Below are positions 45,017-56,345 of a stretch of DNA of 64,000 nucleotides, in pieces. Origin of the DNA: Nitrospirota bacterium (lineage in GTDB: Bacteria > Nitrospirota > UBA9217). Both the position numbers and the translations under genes were made by a program. The stretch lies in assembly GCA_963818475.1 (NCBI GenBank), contig CAWFSF010000006.1, forward strand, positions 1,248,001 to 1,312,000, written 5' to 3'. How positions within the stretch are numbered: position 1 is the first letter of the stretch; each line of letters begins with the position of its first letter. Under the pieces are notes generated by a model. The model did not search any database. It was not told the origin of the DNA and was given only the letters and a program-made list of their open reading frames with translations.

Positions 45017-45088
45017 CGAGAACGTTTTTTTATCCTTACTTACAGGCCTACGACGACTAAGCCCCTGCAGCAGATACGACGGCCTTGC

Positions 45089-46225
45089 TTACTCCTGCTT
45101 TTTTCGTTGCGCCCTGCACAGCGACCATGTCGATCGCTTTTTTCGGGCAACGCGCCGCACACATCCCGCAGCCGATGCACTTTGACTGATCAACGAGATG
45201 CACAGCATTCGGATCACCGGATATGGCGTTCACCGGGCAGACCTTGGCGCAGACATCGATGCCGGCGCACTTGGCCGGGTCGATCTATGCTTTGGGGCGC
45301 ACCGGAATGAAATCATGGATCGCGCTGGTGGGGCATTTTTTTACGCAGAGTCCGCAGACGATGCACTTGCTGTGATCGATGCGCGCGAGGTTGTTGTCGA
45401 TCTTAATGGCATCCACCGGGCAGGTCCGGACACAGATGCCGCAGGCGATGCATCCGACCTGGCATTTCTTTTTGACATCGATCCCCTTGTCCCTGCTGTG
45501 GCAGCTGATCACGACCGCTTTGGACTCCACTGCCAGTTCGATGACCTGTTTGGGACAGGCGGCAACGCACTTGCCGCAGGCGGTACACTTTTCCTTATTG
45601 ATCACCGGCAGATTGTCGGCGCTCATCGTGATCGCGTCAAAGGGGCAGGCGCGCATGCACGTTGCGTATCCGAGACAGCCGAATTCGCAGGACTTGTCTC
45701 CTCCTGCCGCCAAGCACCGCAGCCGTGCAGTCCTGTACGCCGGTATAGATGAACTTCCGCTGGCTGAGGCTCGTCCCTCCCTGGCAGAATACCCGGGCGA
45801 TCTTGGGGTCGACTTTTTCCGCTTTTTTGCCGGTGATCTCGGCGATCTTCTCTGCGACCGGCGCCTTTCCCGGGAGCGCACAGGTTTACCGCGACATCCG
45901 GATTTCCCACGACGTTCTCCGCGTAGCCCATGCAGCCGGCAAACCCGCAGGCTCCGCAGTTGGCGCCCGGCAGGGTCTCGCGCACCTGCTCAACCTTGGG
46001 GTCCGTCTTTACGACAAAGCGCGCTGCAACGATGGCAAGCGCCACGCCGAAGACGATGCCGAGCGCGGCCAGGACCACGAGCCCGAAGAGCACAGACTCC
46101 CAGGGTACTTTTTCGAGTGTTTCCACCGACCCGCCGACACCGACCAGGGGCACCAGTTTGTTGGCGAAGATAGTCACCGCCTGGGAGAGTATCTGAATCA
46201 GAAGAGCGCTTAATTGTTCATACAT
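45089..46225 (-). CDS. rnfB: Rnf complex subunit B with extra ferredoxin domains (frameshifted)
   Basis: LPGANCGACGFAGC, CEFGCLGYATC, several CxxCxxCxxxCP motifs. Continues past the ORF-track end to ..CIGCGMCAARCP..KKQE*. Confidence 0.88.
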
Positions 46226-46294
46226 GGTTTTGCACCTTACGTTTATTTTTTAGACATGCACGTTGCCTATATTATCCCACATTCGGGACCTTTT

Positions 46295-46879
46295 TTACAG
46301 CGTGATCATCCCGGAAAACCCTAAAAACGCGAGCGCGATCAGCCCGGTCAACACAAAGGAGATCGGCAGCCCCTGAAAGGATTTCGGCACATCGGCAAGC
46401 TCCAGTTTTTCACGGATGCTCGCCATGATAATAAGGGCGAGGCTGAAACCGAGCCCCGAACCCAGGGCCAGTGCCATGCTTTCGAACAGGCTGTAATGCT
46501 CCTCGGCATTGATGAGCGGCACCGCAAGGATAATGCAGTTCGTCACGATCAGCGCCAGGTAGATGCCCAGCTTATAATAGAGCGCGGGCGTGACCTTCTT
46601 CATGATCGTGTCCGCAGCCTGTACGAACGCGGCAACCACACCGATGAAAATAACGATCTTCAGGAATCCCAGGTGAAAAGGGATCATGACATACTCATAG
46701 ATCACCCAGTTCAGCGCGGCGCCGATCAGCATCACCGCCGTAAAGGTAAAGCTCATCCCGATGGAGGTCTCCATCTTCTTGGTCACGCCGAAGAAGATGC
46801 AGAGGCCGAGATAGCGGGAAAAAACGAAGTTATTGATGAGCGCTGATGCTATGAATATGGTTAATACATGTTCCCACAT
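46295..46879 (-). CDS. rnfA: Rnf complex subunit A
   Basis: NNFVFSRYLGLC, LGIYLALIVTNC, IREKLELADVPKSFQG. Confidence 0.92.
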   Translation of the reverse strand: MWEHVLTIFIASALINNFVFSRYLGLCIFFGVTKKMETSIGMSFTFTAVMLIGAALNWVIYEYVMIPFHLGFLKIVIFIGVVAAFVQAADTIMKKVTPALYYKLGIYLALIVTNCIILAVPLINAEEHYSLFESMALALGSGLGFSLALIIMASIREKLELADVPKSFQGLPISFVLTGLIALAFLGFSGMITL

Positions 46880-46899
46880 AATACCCTCCGGATAACATC

Positions 46900-46982
46900 A
46901 TTTCGGATTTCGGATTGCTGAGATTGCGGATTAGAAACATCTGGACTTTCAATCCGCAATCCGAAATCCACAATCCGCAATT
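46900..46982. repeat. Inverted blocks of heptamer tandem repeats
   Basis: TTTCGGA TTTCGGA TT..TTGCGGATT versus AATCCGC AATCCGA AATCCAC AATCCGC AA. Confidence 0.7.
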
Positions 46983-46984
46983 GA

Positions 46985-47617
46985 CTAATGTCCTCCGCTG
47001 CTCGCCGCCCGTACCGCCGAAGAATTTCCGGTCGATCCAGTTGAGCCAGCCCATCATGAGACCCATGGCGAAGAACCCTCCCGTCGGCATGATCATGATG
47101 AGCAGCGGTTTTCCCGGCAGGAGTTGGCATGCCCCAGAGCGATCCTTTCCCGAGAAACTCCCGGAAAATGCCGAGGAGCACAAGGGCCAGCAGGAATCCC
47201 ATGCCCATTGCCGCGCCGTCAACGATGGACGGCAGAAGTTTGTTCTTGCTCGCGAACATCTCCGCCCGGGAAAGCACGATGGCAAAAGCGACGATGAGCA
47301 TGATATAGAGGCCCATCTGCTTGTAAACGTCCCTCTGCATAGGCCGCCATCACGAGATCGGTCACCGTGACCCACGTGGCGATGATGAACATGTACGAAG
47401 GAATGCGGACTTTCGGATTGATGAAGTTCCTGAGGAGGGAAACGGTGGCGTTCACCATGGTCATGACGAAGAGAACGGCGACGCCCATCAGAAAACCGTT
47501 CTTCACGCCGCTGGTGACGGCCACGGCCGGACAGAGCGAAAGCGCCAGGCGGAAGACCGGGTTCTCTCCGAAGATGCCGTTCTTGAATATGGTCCCGTAA
47601 TTGACGTCATTGCTCAT
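46985..47617 (-). CDS. rnfE: Rnf complex subunit E (frameshifted)
   Basis: ENPVFRLALSLCPAVAVT, VRIP, LGIFREFLG, MPTGGFF. Confidence 0.88.
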
Positions 47618-48206
47618 TTTGCCACCCCCTGCGCCGCCGTCTTGATCCCCGCGCCATACTTATCGACGAGCGTCTGCACTGCGTCCTTCACGCCGTTCGT
47701 CACCGCGCGGCTCGATATCGTTGCTCCGGAAATGGCCTGGATGTTCTCCTTGGTTTCCGCTTTCAGGAGAACGATCTGCGAAAGTGCCTTGCCCTTGAAC
47801 TGATCGAGAAAGCTCTTGTCCTCAACCTGGTCCCCCAGACCGGGCGTTTCACCATGGTGGAGGATCTTGACGTCCCTGATCTTCAAGTCCGTATCCAGCG
47901 AAACGAGCATCTGCGATAAAGCTTGAATATCCCTTGCCGGCGGTGCTCGCGATGTAGGCTACCGGTTTGCCGCCGGAAGTAGCCTGATAGTATTCATAGG
48001 GTTTACCGTGGCTGCTGCTCCAGTTCCCCGCAGGCATTGATAGGATCGGTCGCATCGGGCGCCATCTCTTTCAGCGCTTCTTCCTTTTCCTTCTTTTCGG
48101 CCATAAATCTCACCGGCGAAGTATATTTATAGGTGACCCCCATGATCAGGCCTGCAGCGATGAAGATCGCGACGAGACTCAGGGTTATCTTCAACATCTC
48201 CTTCAT
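47614..48206 (-). CDS. rnfG: Rnf complex subunit G (frameshifted)
   Basis: [23 protein letters not shown]-binding motif. Confidence 0.9.
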
Positions 48207-49239
48207 TTCTTCACCCCCTTGGCCTCGGCCTTGCCGAAGACCGCGGCTCCTCATGCCCCGGTCAAGGAGCGGCGCGAAGCAGTTCATGAGGAGGATGGCG
48301 AACATGACGCCCTCGGGATAGCCGCCTTTCAGGCGGATCAGCACCGTCAGCGCTCCGGCGCAGATGCCGAACACGATCTGCGCGTTCCGGACGGATGGTC
48401 CCGGTCACATAATCGGTGGCCATGAAGAAGGCGCCGAGGATAAGGCCGCCGGACATCATATGGAAGATCGGGTCTCCGGTCATGAGCCCTTCCTTGCCGC
48501 CGAAGATCCAGGTGAGGAGGCCGACGGTGGCGATGAACGGGAATCGGGATGTGCCAGGTGATGTACCGTTTCATCAGAAGAAAGACGCGCGCCGAGCAGC
48601 AGCGCGATGACCGACGTTTCACCAAGAGATCCGGCCCGGTTCCCGAGAAGCAGGTCCTGATACAGCGCCGCCTTCGTGTGATAGATCTCGAGGAGCTTCG
48701 CCATCCCCTCTTCTTTCAGGAGGACCAGCGGCGTGGCAGTGGTCTTTGCATCCAACGCCATGAACGATGTAACCGGCGCAACGAAGGTGGTCATGATCTT
48801 GGCGAAGCTGACCAGGACAAAGGCGCGGCCGATGAGCGCGGGATTGAAGATGTTGAAGCCGAGACCGCCGAAGAGATGCTTGGCGATCATGATGGCGACG
48901 AAGGATCCGACGAACGGGATATAGAGCGGCACATTGGCAGGAAGGTTCATGGCAAGGAGCAGGCCGGTCAGGAATGCGCTGCCGTCAGACAGGGTGATCG
49001 GTTTCTTCAGCATCCACTGCATCCCGGCCTCGGTCAGGAGCGAGGTCACGATGCAGACGAGAATGACCATGATGGCCGGCATCCCGAAGTAATAGACCGA
49101 CATGAGCGTCGCCGGAAGCAGCGCTGCCGCTTACGGTCCACATGATCTTCGCCGTGCTTTCCGTGTCGTGCATGTGCGGCCCGATCGAGACGATCAGTTT
49201 GGGCTGCTCTTTCGGTTGTGCCTTTGCAGGTGCTTCCAT
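48203..49239 (-). CDS. rnfD: Rnf complex subunit D (frameshifted)
   Basis: [50 protein letters not shown]. Confidence 0.9.
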
Positions 49240-49335
49240 CCGTTAACCTCTCTTCTCTTCGCATGATGCAGAGCGCGATGAGTGCAGTGCTGATTCACTG
49301 CGAATGCTCTGCGCGTGCTGCTGCGTTCTGCGCCG

Positions 49336-50668
49336 TTATAATTCTTCTTCTTCGCCAGTTCCTTTTTCGCCTTCTTCACCCACTGGACCATCGGCCGGTT
49401 TGCCGGGCAGACGAACGTGCAGGAACCGCACTCAAAGCAATCCATCAGGTTGTAGTCCTTGGCGTCTTCGTAATGTCCCTTCTCGATATAGATGCCCGAG
49501 CAGCGACGGCTGCAGCATCATGGGACAGGCGTCGATGCACCTGCCGCAGCGAATGCACGGACCGTAGGGCTTCACGACCACTTCATTCTTGGGCAGGACG
49601 AGAATGCCCGAGGTTCCCTTGATCACCGGCACATCGAGCGTATACTGGCTCATGCCCATCATCGGGCCGCCGGCGATGACCTTGGCCGCATCCTCCGTGA
49701 GACCGCCTGCTTCTTCGATCAGCTGCAGAAAAGGCGTGCCGATCCGGGCGAGAAAGTTCTTCGGTTCCTTCACGCCGCGGCCCGTCACGGTCACGTACCG
49801 TTCGACAAGCGGCCTGCCGTAGCGCACCGCAGTATAGATCGCTTCCGCCGTGCCGACGTTCTGTACGACGACGCCGACATCCATGGGCAATGCTCCCGCC
49901 GGAACGGTCCGGTGCGCGATCGCCTTGATCAGCATCTTCTCGGCGCCCTGGGGATACTTCACCTTTACCGGCCAGACCTTGATCTCCGGCGATCCTGCCG
50001 CTGCCTTGGTCATGGCCTCGATCGCGTCAGGCTTGTTCGCCTCGATGCCGATATACCCCTTGCTTGACGCCGAGGATCCTCATCAGGATCTTGAGGCCTT
50101 CGACGATCTGCTGAGGCCGTTCGAGCATCAGGCGATGGTCGGAGGTGAGATAGGGTTCGCACTCGGCGCCGTTGAGGATCACCACGTCGATCGGCTTTTC
50201 CTTGGGAGGACCAAGCTTCACGTGGGTCGGGAACGTTGCGCCGCCCATGCCGACGATGCCGGCATCCAGCACGATCTTCTTGAGCTCTTCGGAGACAGTA
50301 GCGCGTAGTCAGCATTTTCCTTGAGTCCCGCGACCCATTCGTCCTTGCCGTCGCTTTCGATGACAACGGCAGGCATATCGGTCCCGAGGAATGCGGGAAG
50401 TTCCCGATCGCAACAACCTTGCCCGAGATCGACGCATGGACAGGCGCAGAGACAAATCCGGTGGTTTCACCGATCTTCTCTCCTTTTTTTACTTCCTGTC
50501 CGATGACAACGACTGCTTTGGTGGGTGCTCCGATATGCTGACTCAGGGGTATGATTGCTCTTTGGGGATTGCTGCAGTAACGGTGGGTTTGTGTGCGGAA
50601 AGCTGTTTGTTGCCTGCGGGATGCACACCCCCGCTGAAGGTATCGTGCGCTTTCATTGTGGCTTCCAT
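49336..50668 (-). CDS. rnfC: Rnf complex subunit C (frameshifted, 3' end approximate)
   Basis: FSGGVHP, QHIGAP, AGIVGMGGATFPTHVK, NGAECEPYLTSD, YPQGAEK, CIRCGRC, CFECGSCTFVCP. Confidence 0.9.
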
Positions 50669-50958
50669 TCTGTCTCACCTGCCATAACGTTCTGCATCGA
50701 CGTTGAATTTTGAGTTTGAGATTTTTTTTAAAAAAGCCGTTGAGTTTATAACAGAACGATGAGGAACTGTCAAGCGAATTTTTGCCGGTCTCGCAGGGAA
50801 ACAACGCTGCACTGTTGCATTCCGAAGCATTCCTGAAAGCTCAAACATCGCCGATCGGAAGCGCGCCACCTGCATGACATTGAGGTCAAAAAAAAGGATT
50901 GAAAGACAGAGGAAATCCTCTGAGCTTCAATCCTCTCGGATGGATGCAGAACAGTCTG

Positions 50959-51186
50959 TTACGCAACCTGTACGACTTCCTTCACCTCGGGAAGTTGCTG
51001 TTTCAGGTGTTTTTCAACGCCCATCTTGAGCGTCATGGTCGACATGGGACAGGACCCGCAGGCCCCTTTGAGCCGTACCTTAACGACCCCGTTATCTTCC
51101 ACGCTCACCAGTTCGATATCGCCGCCATCCCGCTGGAGTGCCGGCCGCACCTGCTTGAGTGCTTCTTCAACTTTTGCTTTATCCAT
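50959..51186 (-). CDS. NifU/Nfu C-terminal domain Fe-S carrier
   Basis: VRPALQRDGGDIELV..GACGSCPMS. Confidence 0.9.
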   Translation of the reverse strand: MDKAKVEEALKQVRPALQRDGGDIELVSVEDNGVVKVRLKGACGSCPMSTMTLKMGVEKHLKQQLPEVKEVVQVA

Positions 51187-51347
51187 GATATGCTCTCCTT
51201 TTTTTAAAGAACTCTGATTAAATATACACCATTTTACCAACCTTGAACAGTTTATTCTATGATCTTGATCATAGGGCCGTCATGTCATTTTCATTGACTC
51301 GTGGCAAAGGTTCTGCTATTTTTATTCCGGGCCAACTCAGAGGAAAT

Positions 51348-51722
51348 ATGATCAATGCCGTCATCATAGGTATCGGCGGATTCTTTGGCGCGATCGCGCG
51401 TTACGGCGTGGCGCTCTGGATCGGCCAGCGCTGGGGCAGAAGCTTCCCCCTCGGCACCTTTGTCATCAACGTCAGCGGCAGTTTTGTGATCGGCCTTGCC
51501 ATGTCGCTCCTGACCGAACGGTTCATAGTCAACCCGCAGTGGCGCCTCCTTCTTGTTGTCGGCTTCCTGGGCGCTTACACCACATTTTCCACTTTCGAAT
51601 ATGAGACCGGAGCACTGCTCAAGGACGGGGAATGGCTCTTTGCCTCCCTGAACGTGGTCTTGAGCGTGCTCGCCGGATTTCTCGCACTAAAAGCCGGAGA
51701 AGTCCTGGCGAAGAGCATATAA
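51348..51722 (+). CDS. crcB: Fluoride channel CrcB/Fluc
   Basis: GGFFGAIARY, FPLGTFVINVSGSF, GFLGAYTTFSTF. Confidence 0.94.
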   Translation: MINAVIIGIGGFFGAIARYGVALWIGQRWGRSFPLGTFVINVSGSFVIGLAMSLLTERFIVNPQWRLLLVVGFLGAYTTFSTFEYETGALLKDGEWLFASLNVVLSVLAGFLALKAGEVLAKSI

Positions 51723-51731
51723 GGAGATCCC

Positions 51732-52082
51732 ATGGTCCAAAGCGGCCCAGCAAAGAAGTTGACAATATATGTGGATGAATCGGAGCGGCATCATGGCAAA
51801 CCGGTCTATGAGATCGTCATGGATGTTCTTTATAAAAAGAAGATCGCAGGTGTAAGCGTGTTCCGGGGGGTTGCGGGATACGGATCGGACGGCGTTTTCC
51901 ATACAGCGAAGATCCTCGAGCTCGCGACCACGCTTCCGGTCAAGATCGAGGTCGTTGACACCGAGAACATGATCAACAGTGTCCTGCCGGAGCTCACCTC
52001 GATCATTGAAAAGGGTCTGATCGAAGTAAGCGATACAATGGTCATCAAGTGCTGCGGGAAAGGTGCCAAGGGGAAAAAGTAA
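51732..52082 (+). CDS. DUF190 PII-like protein
   Basis: IYVDESERHHGKP, AGVSVFRGVAGYG, LPVKIEVVD. A usual crcB partner. Confidence 0.88.
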   Translation: MVQSGPAKKLTIYVDESERHHGKPVYEIVMDVLYKKKIAGVSVFRGVAGYGSDGVFHTAKILELATTLPVKIEVVDTENMINSVLPELTSIIEKGLIEVSDTMVIKCCGKGAKGKK

Positions 52083-52089
52083 GGCCTGC

Positions 52090-52734
52090 TTATTCCTTCC
52101 ACCCGTTGTTGCCGATGAGGGGCACGAACACGCAGGGAACGCTCTGCTCCGATATGACCCCTCCTGCGGTCTTGACCACCTTCATCAACCGCTGTCCATA
52201 GCGGTCCCCTACCGGTATCACCATCCTGCCCCCTTCCCCCAGTTGTTCTACGAGCGCCTCAGGGATATGCGGTGCGCCTGCGGTCACCATGATCGCATCG
52301 AAGGGCGACATTTCCTTCCAGCCGTAGGTCCCGTCGTAGACCTTGAGCGCCACGCTCCGATAGCCCAGACGGTCCAGTACTGCGCGGGCCCGCTCCGCCA
52401 GGGCTTTAATACGCTCAACCGTATAGACTTTTCCGGCGAGTTCGGCCAGAACAGCGGCCTGGTATCCCGATCCGGTGCCGATCTCGAGCACGCGTTCCGT
52501 GCCGGTCAGCTCAAGAAGCTGGGTCATGAGCGCGACCATGTAGGGCTGCGACATGGTCTGGCCCTCGCCGATAGGCAGTGCCTGGTCGACATAGGCATTG
52601 CCGCGGATCGCCTCAGGCAGAAATTCATGACGGGGCACTTTGCGCATGGCTGCGAGCACCCGCTCATCCCTGATGCCGCGACCGATGATCTGCTCCTCGA
52701 CCATGCGCTGACGTTCGCGTTCAAAAACCATCAC
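52090..52734 (-). CDS. pcm: Protein-L-isoaspartate O-methyltransferase
   Basis: [28 protein letters not shown]. Confidence 0.94.
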   Translation of the reverse strand: MMVFERERQRMVEEQIIGRGIRDERVLAAMRKVPRHEFLPEAIRGNAYVDQALPIGEGQTMSQPYMVALMTQLLELTGTERVLEIGTGSGYQAAVLAELAGKVYTVERIKALAERARAVLDRLGYRSVALKVYDGTYGWKEMSPFDAIMVTAGAPHIPEALVEQLGEGGRMVIPVGDRYGQRLMKVVKTAGGVISEQSVPCVFVPLIGNNGWKE

Positions 52735-53507
52735 TCATCACTCCTGCCTGGTGCGGCCGGCGTGTATGACATCCGCTCCAGGGGACGGAGCCGGTCGAAA
52801 ACAGCATAATCGGTCAGGTCGAGATGGAGCGGTGTTATGGAAACGAAGCTCCGGTCGATTGCGTCGAAATCAGTGCCCTCTTCCCGCTCCCAGTCAGGAT
52901 CTCCCCCGCCGATCCAGTAATATTTTTTGCCGCGGGGGTCGACACGCTCCACGGTCATCTGGTGGTAGATGCGCTTGCCGAGCCGGGTAATCGCCGTACC
53001 TTTTATCCCGGACAGCGGCACGTTCGGAACATTGACATTGAGCAGCGTCCCCTCGGAGAGTCCCTGACTGAAGATCATCGCCGCGGTCGCCACCGCCACC
53101 TCTGCTGCGTCGGCAAAAAGAAAGTTCTCCCGCGCCGACAGCGAGATCGCAAAGGAAGGAACTCCGAGCAAGCGTGCTTCGATCGCACCCGCCACCGTAC
53201 CGGAATAGGTAACGTCATCACCGAGGTTCGGGCCCTTGTTGATACCCGAGACCACCAACCGCGGTATCTCCTTGAGAAGCCCCTTGACCGCAATGTTCAC
53301 ACAATCGGTCGGGGTGCCATTGACGCTGTAAACGGACTCCCTGATCTCTTCGATCAGGAGCGGCCGATGAAGGGTCATGGAGTGGCCGGCTGCGCTGCGT
53401 TCCCGGTCCGGCGCGACGATCACGACAGAATCAAGCTCTTTCAGCCGTTTGGCAAGGATTTGTATCCCGGGGGAAAGCACGCCGTCGTCATTGGTCACCA
53501 GTATCAT
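52731..53507 (-). CDS. surE: 5'/3'-nucleotidase SurE
   Basis: LVTNDDG, GTPTDCV, SGIN.GPNLG, YSGTV. Confidence 0.95.
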   Translation of the reverse strand: MILVTNDDGVLSPGIQILAKRLKELDSVVIVAPDRERSAAGHSMTLHRPLLIEEIRESVYSVNGTPTDCVNIAVKGLLKEIPRLVVSGINKGPNLGDDVTYSGTVAGAIEARLLGVPSFAISLSARENFLFADAAEVAVATAAMIFSQGLSEGTLLNVNVPNVPLSGIKGTAITRLGKRIYHQMTVERVDPRGKKYYWIGGGDPDWEREEGTDFDAIDRSFVSITPLHLDLTDYAVFDRLRPLERMSYTPAAPGRSDE

Positions 53508-53700
53508 AGGATGTCACATTTCTTTGCAAACAGAATTTTAATCACGAAAAAGTATATACCATAATGCATGCGAACCTGTCAAACAGGGTCTCCTGCAACT
53601 GCATTGAGATGAGCATGGCAATACGGCACTCGCAAAGTATTTAGCGGGGAAAGGCCATGTTCGGAAGGGATTTGGCGTTCACCATGCAGCGGGGCCAGGT

Positions 53701-54462
53701 TCAATGACGGTATATGCGCTCCAGAAGCTTGCGGTCTTCAACAGCCTTTCCGGAAAGCCAGGGCAAATATTCCAGCGTAACAACACCTTCCCAATCCAGT
53801 TCATGGAGCCTGTCGAGAAGGTCCAGGCAGAACGGATCATTATCGATGGGGCGGAACTGTCTGCCCGCAGTACGCCCGCCTCCGGGTGTCACCGCCGAAA
53901 GGTGGACGTTCACGAGATGCGTCCGATAGCTTTCAATGATCCAGGTGACCTCGGTCTTCGGGATATAGGATGTATCGAGAACCATGGGCAGACGGTGCTC
54001 CATGATCTCATCAGGGGTCAGGACCCGTTCTTTGTCCCATAACGTTTCTACGGCTATCATAACTCCTGTCCGGTCCTGCAGATACTTCACGTTCAGGAGC
54101 GCCGAGGATTGTTCATCCTGCCGGGTCCCTTCAGGCCGTTCCTCAGGATGAAACACCAGTATCTCGGAACCCAGTGCCTCGGCAAATTGTATGATCTTTC
54201 CGGCCCAGTTTCGGAATGAGCTATGCCCCAGTTCGCCGTGCGGCGCGTGCACCGAGCGGACCGGGATGTCGAACTCACGTAACTGCTGCTCCACATCGGC
54301 AAGCAGGTGCTGGTCGCGTAAAAAAATATCGAGAGAAGTAGGCAGGGCGAGTTCTATGGGAACACCGCGAACCTGTTCGAGTTGCTTGCGGCTGTTCGCA
54401 AAATCTATTCCCCTGCGGATGCAGAATCGCATTGGTGTCGGAGGCATAGGCGGCGGAAACAT
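53701..54462 (-). CDS. Xylose-isomerase/AP-endonuclease-2-like TIM barrel protein (start uncertain)
   Basis: SVHAP, LVFHP, IAVET, LDTS, VHLS, VTLEY motifs. Confidence 0.7.
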   Translation of the reverse strand: MFPPPMPPTPMRFCIRRGIDFANSRKQLEQVRGVPIELALPTSLDIFLRDQHLLADVEQQLREFDIPVRSVHAPHGELGHSSFRNWAGKIIQFAEALGSEILVFHPEERPEGTRQDEQSSALLNVKYLQDRTGVMIAVETLWDKERVLTPDEIMEHRLPMVLDTSYIPKTEVTWIIESYRTHLVNVHLSAVTPGGGRTAGRQFRPIDNDPFCLDLLDRLHELDWEGVVTLEYLPWLSGKAVEDRKLLERIYRH

Positions 54463-54597
54463 CCTTTCATGAACTGTGGTCCACTACGAGTGCGGGGAGT
54501 ATAGCATGAAAATATTTTCGTGGTATGAAAAATTTTCATTGGCTTTTATATTGAGCACGTCGTTTCACGCGACGGCACTGGTTCCGCCTCAATTTCC

Positions 54598-56155
54598 TTA
54601 CGACTTGCCCGTTAAATCCCCCACGATCTCCCGGAACTGCTCCAGCGCTGCTTCCAAATCTTCCACGATCTCCAAAGCGATAACGTCGGGATCAGGCAGG
54701 TTGTCAGAAGCTTCGAGGGATTCGTCCTTGAGCCAGAAGATGTCGAGGCTGGCCTTGTCGCGGCTTACCAGCTCATCGTAATTGTACGACCGCCAGCGGC
54801 CTTCACTTTTAACTTCCGCTCCACTTGTTTTGCGCTTATTTTTTACTCCCTCGCCCCTTGCGGGAGAGGGCTGGGGTGAGGGGGAAGTCCTTCCAGGTAG
54901 CCTTGCGCTGATGCCGATTCTCGGGATTATAGCATTTCACAAACTCGTCGAGGTCCGAGCGCTGGAGGGAGCTCGTCTTAAGCGTGAAGTGCATGTTCGT
55001 CCGGAGATCGTAGATCCAGAGCTTCTTGGTCCAGGGCGTTTCGCATGCCGGTTTTTTGTCGAAGAACAGCACGTTCGCCTTGACCCCCTGGGCGTAGAAC
55101 AGGCCCGTGGGCAGGCGCAGGAGCGTATGCACGTCGCACTCGTGCAGGAGCTTTCGCCTGACCGTCTCCCCTGCCCCGCCTTCGAACAGGACGTTATCCG
55201 GCACGACAACTGCCGCGCGGCCGTTCTGTTTTAAAAGGGTCTTTACATGCTGGATGAAGTTGAGCTGTTTGTTCGATGTCGTGGCCCAGAAGTCCTCGCG
55301 CTCGATGATATCGGTCTCCCGTGATACCTTGCCGTTCTCGGCAACGATGGTGGTGCTGCTCTTCTTGCCGAAGGGAGGATTGGTCAGAACGATATCGAAC
55401 CGGTCTCCGGGGTCGGCAGCAAGAGAGTCCGAAACGATGATAGGAAGGTCCTTGTCGGTCCCGATGCTGTGGAGCATCAGGTTCATGGCGCAGAGCCGGG
55501 CCGTGCTCTGGACCAGCTCCCAGCCCTTGAAGGTCGAGCCTTTGAGCTTGCGCTTCTCGTCGGCGCTCATGTTCGGATTGTGCTTTACCACGTAATCGTG
55601 CGCGGCAAGGAGAAACCCGCCGGTCCCGCACGCAGGATCGCAGAGGGTCTCTTTCGGCTTCGGCTGGATCACGTCAACCATGGCCTGGATCAAAGGACGG
55701 GGAGTGAAGTACTGGCCAGCGCCGGACTTGGTGTCCTGCGCGTTCTTCTCCAAGAGACCTTCGTATGCGTCCCCTTTCACATCAGCGCTCATCACCGACC
55801 AGTTTTCCTTATCGATCAGGTCAACGACAAGCCGCCGTAATTTCGAAGGGTCCTGGAACTTGTTCTGGGATTTGTTGAAGATCAGGCCGAGCAGACCTTT
55901 TTCATTGCCCAGGCTTTCGAGCATGTGGCGGTAGTGGTCGAACAGATCGTCGCCGTCCTTCTTTAAGAGCGTGGGCCAGTTGTACTTCGCAGGCACGGCA
56001 CTCGGCTGGTTGTACGGCGGCTTCGTGCGCTCGTCGGCCATCTTGAGGAACAGCAGGTACGTAAGCTGCTCCACGTAGTCGCCGTAGCTCATCCCATCGT
56101 CCCGGAGGACGTTACAGTAGTTCCAGAGTTTTGAAACGATTGCTGCTGGTGTCAT
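54598..56155 (-). CDS. hsdM: Type I R-M methyltransferase subunit (extra A in A-run at ~54840 splits off the C-terminus)
   Basis: GQYFTPR, DPACGTGGFL, NPPF, PDNVLF. The tail EGRWRSY..SLDIFWLKD..EDLEAALEQF is read in the next frame. Confidence 0.93.
54846..54884. repeat. GC-rich palindromic repeat inside hsdM
   Basis: CTCCCTCGCCCCTTGCGGGAGAGGGCTGGGGTGAGGGGG, read as PLTPALSRKGRG on the minus strand. Confidence 0.65.
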
Positions 56156-56176
56156 AATGGCTAATAAGCCTTTCTT

Positions 56177-56240
56177 TTTTGTAAACAACTGTTTACAAAA
56201 TGTAAAAAAGAATTGACAATATTCAGGGATGAATTATAAT
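56177..56240 (+). promoter_or_regulatory. Consensus sigma70 promoter with upstream operator-like palindrome
   Basis: TTGACA(56213)-16 nt-TATAAT(56235). TTTTGTAAACA-AC-TGTTTACAAAA at 56177-56200. Confidence 0.75.
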
Positions 56241-56246
56241 CCTTGC

Positions 56247-56339
56247 AGACGGGTAAATCCTATTACGTGCCTGGGGTGCTTCCTTCCATCGGTTGGCTTG
56301 AGCCCCGGGATCATCGGCGTGATAGGGACCGTCTTTTTT
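56247..56339 (+). ncRNA. Putative structured small RNA convergent on the DUF3800 gene
   Basis: Nested stems AGACGG/CCGTCT, TCCTATTACG/CGTGATAGGG and CCTGGGG/CCCCGGG. Begins 6 nt after the -10 box and ends in a U-run. Confidence 0.7.
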
Positions 56340-56345
56340 ATTGCC

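Noticed and set aside
51243-51347. Fluoride riboswitch upstream of crcB
   Set aside because: No recognisable GATGG..TCGCC core. A TTGACT-17-TATTTT promoter lies too close to the start codon to leave room.
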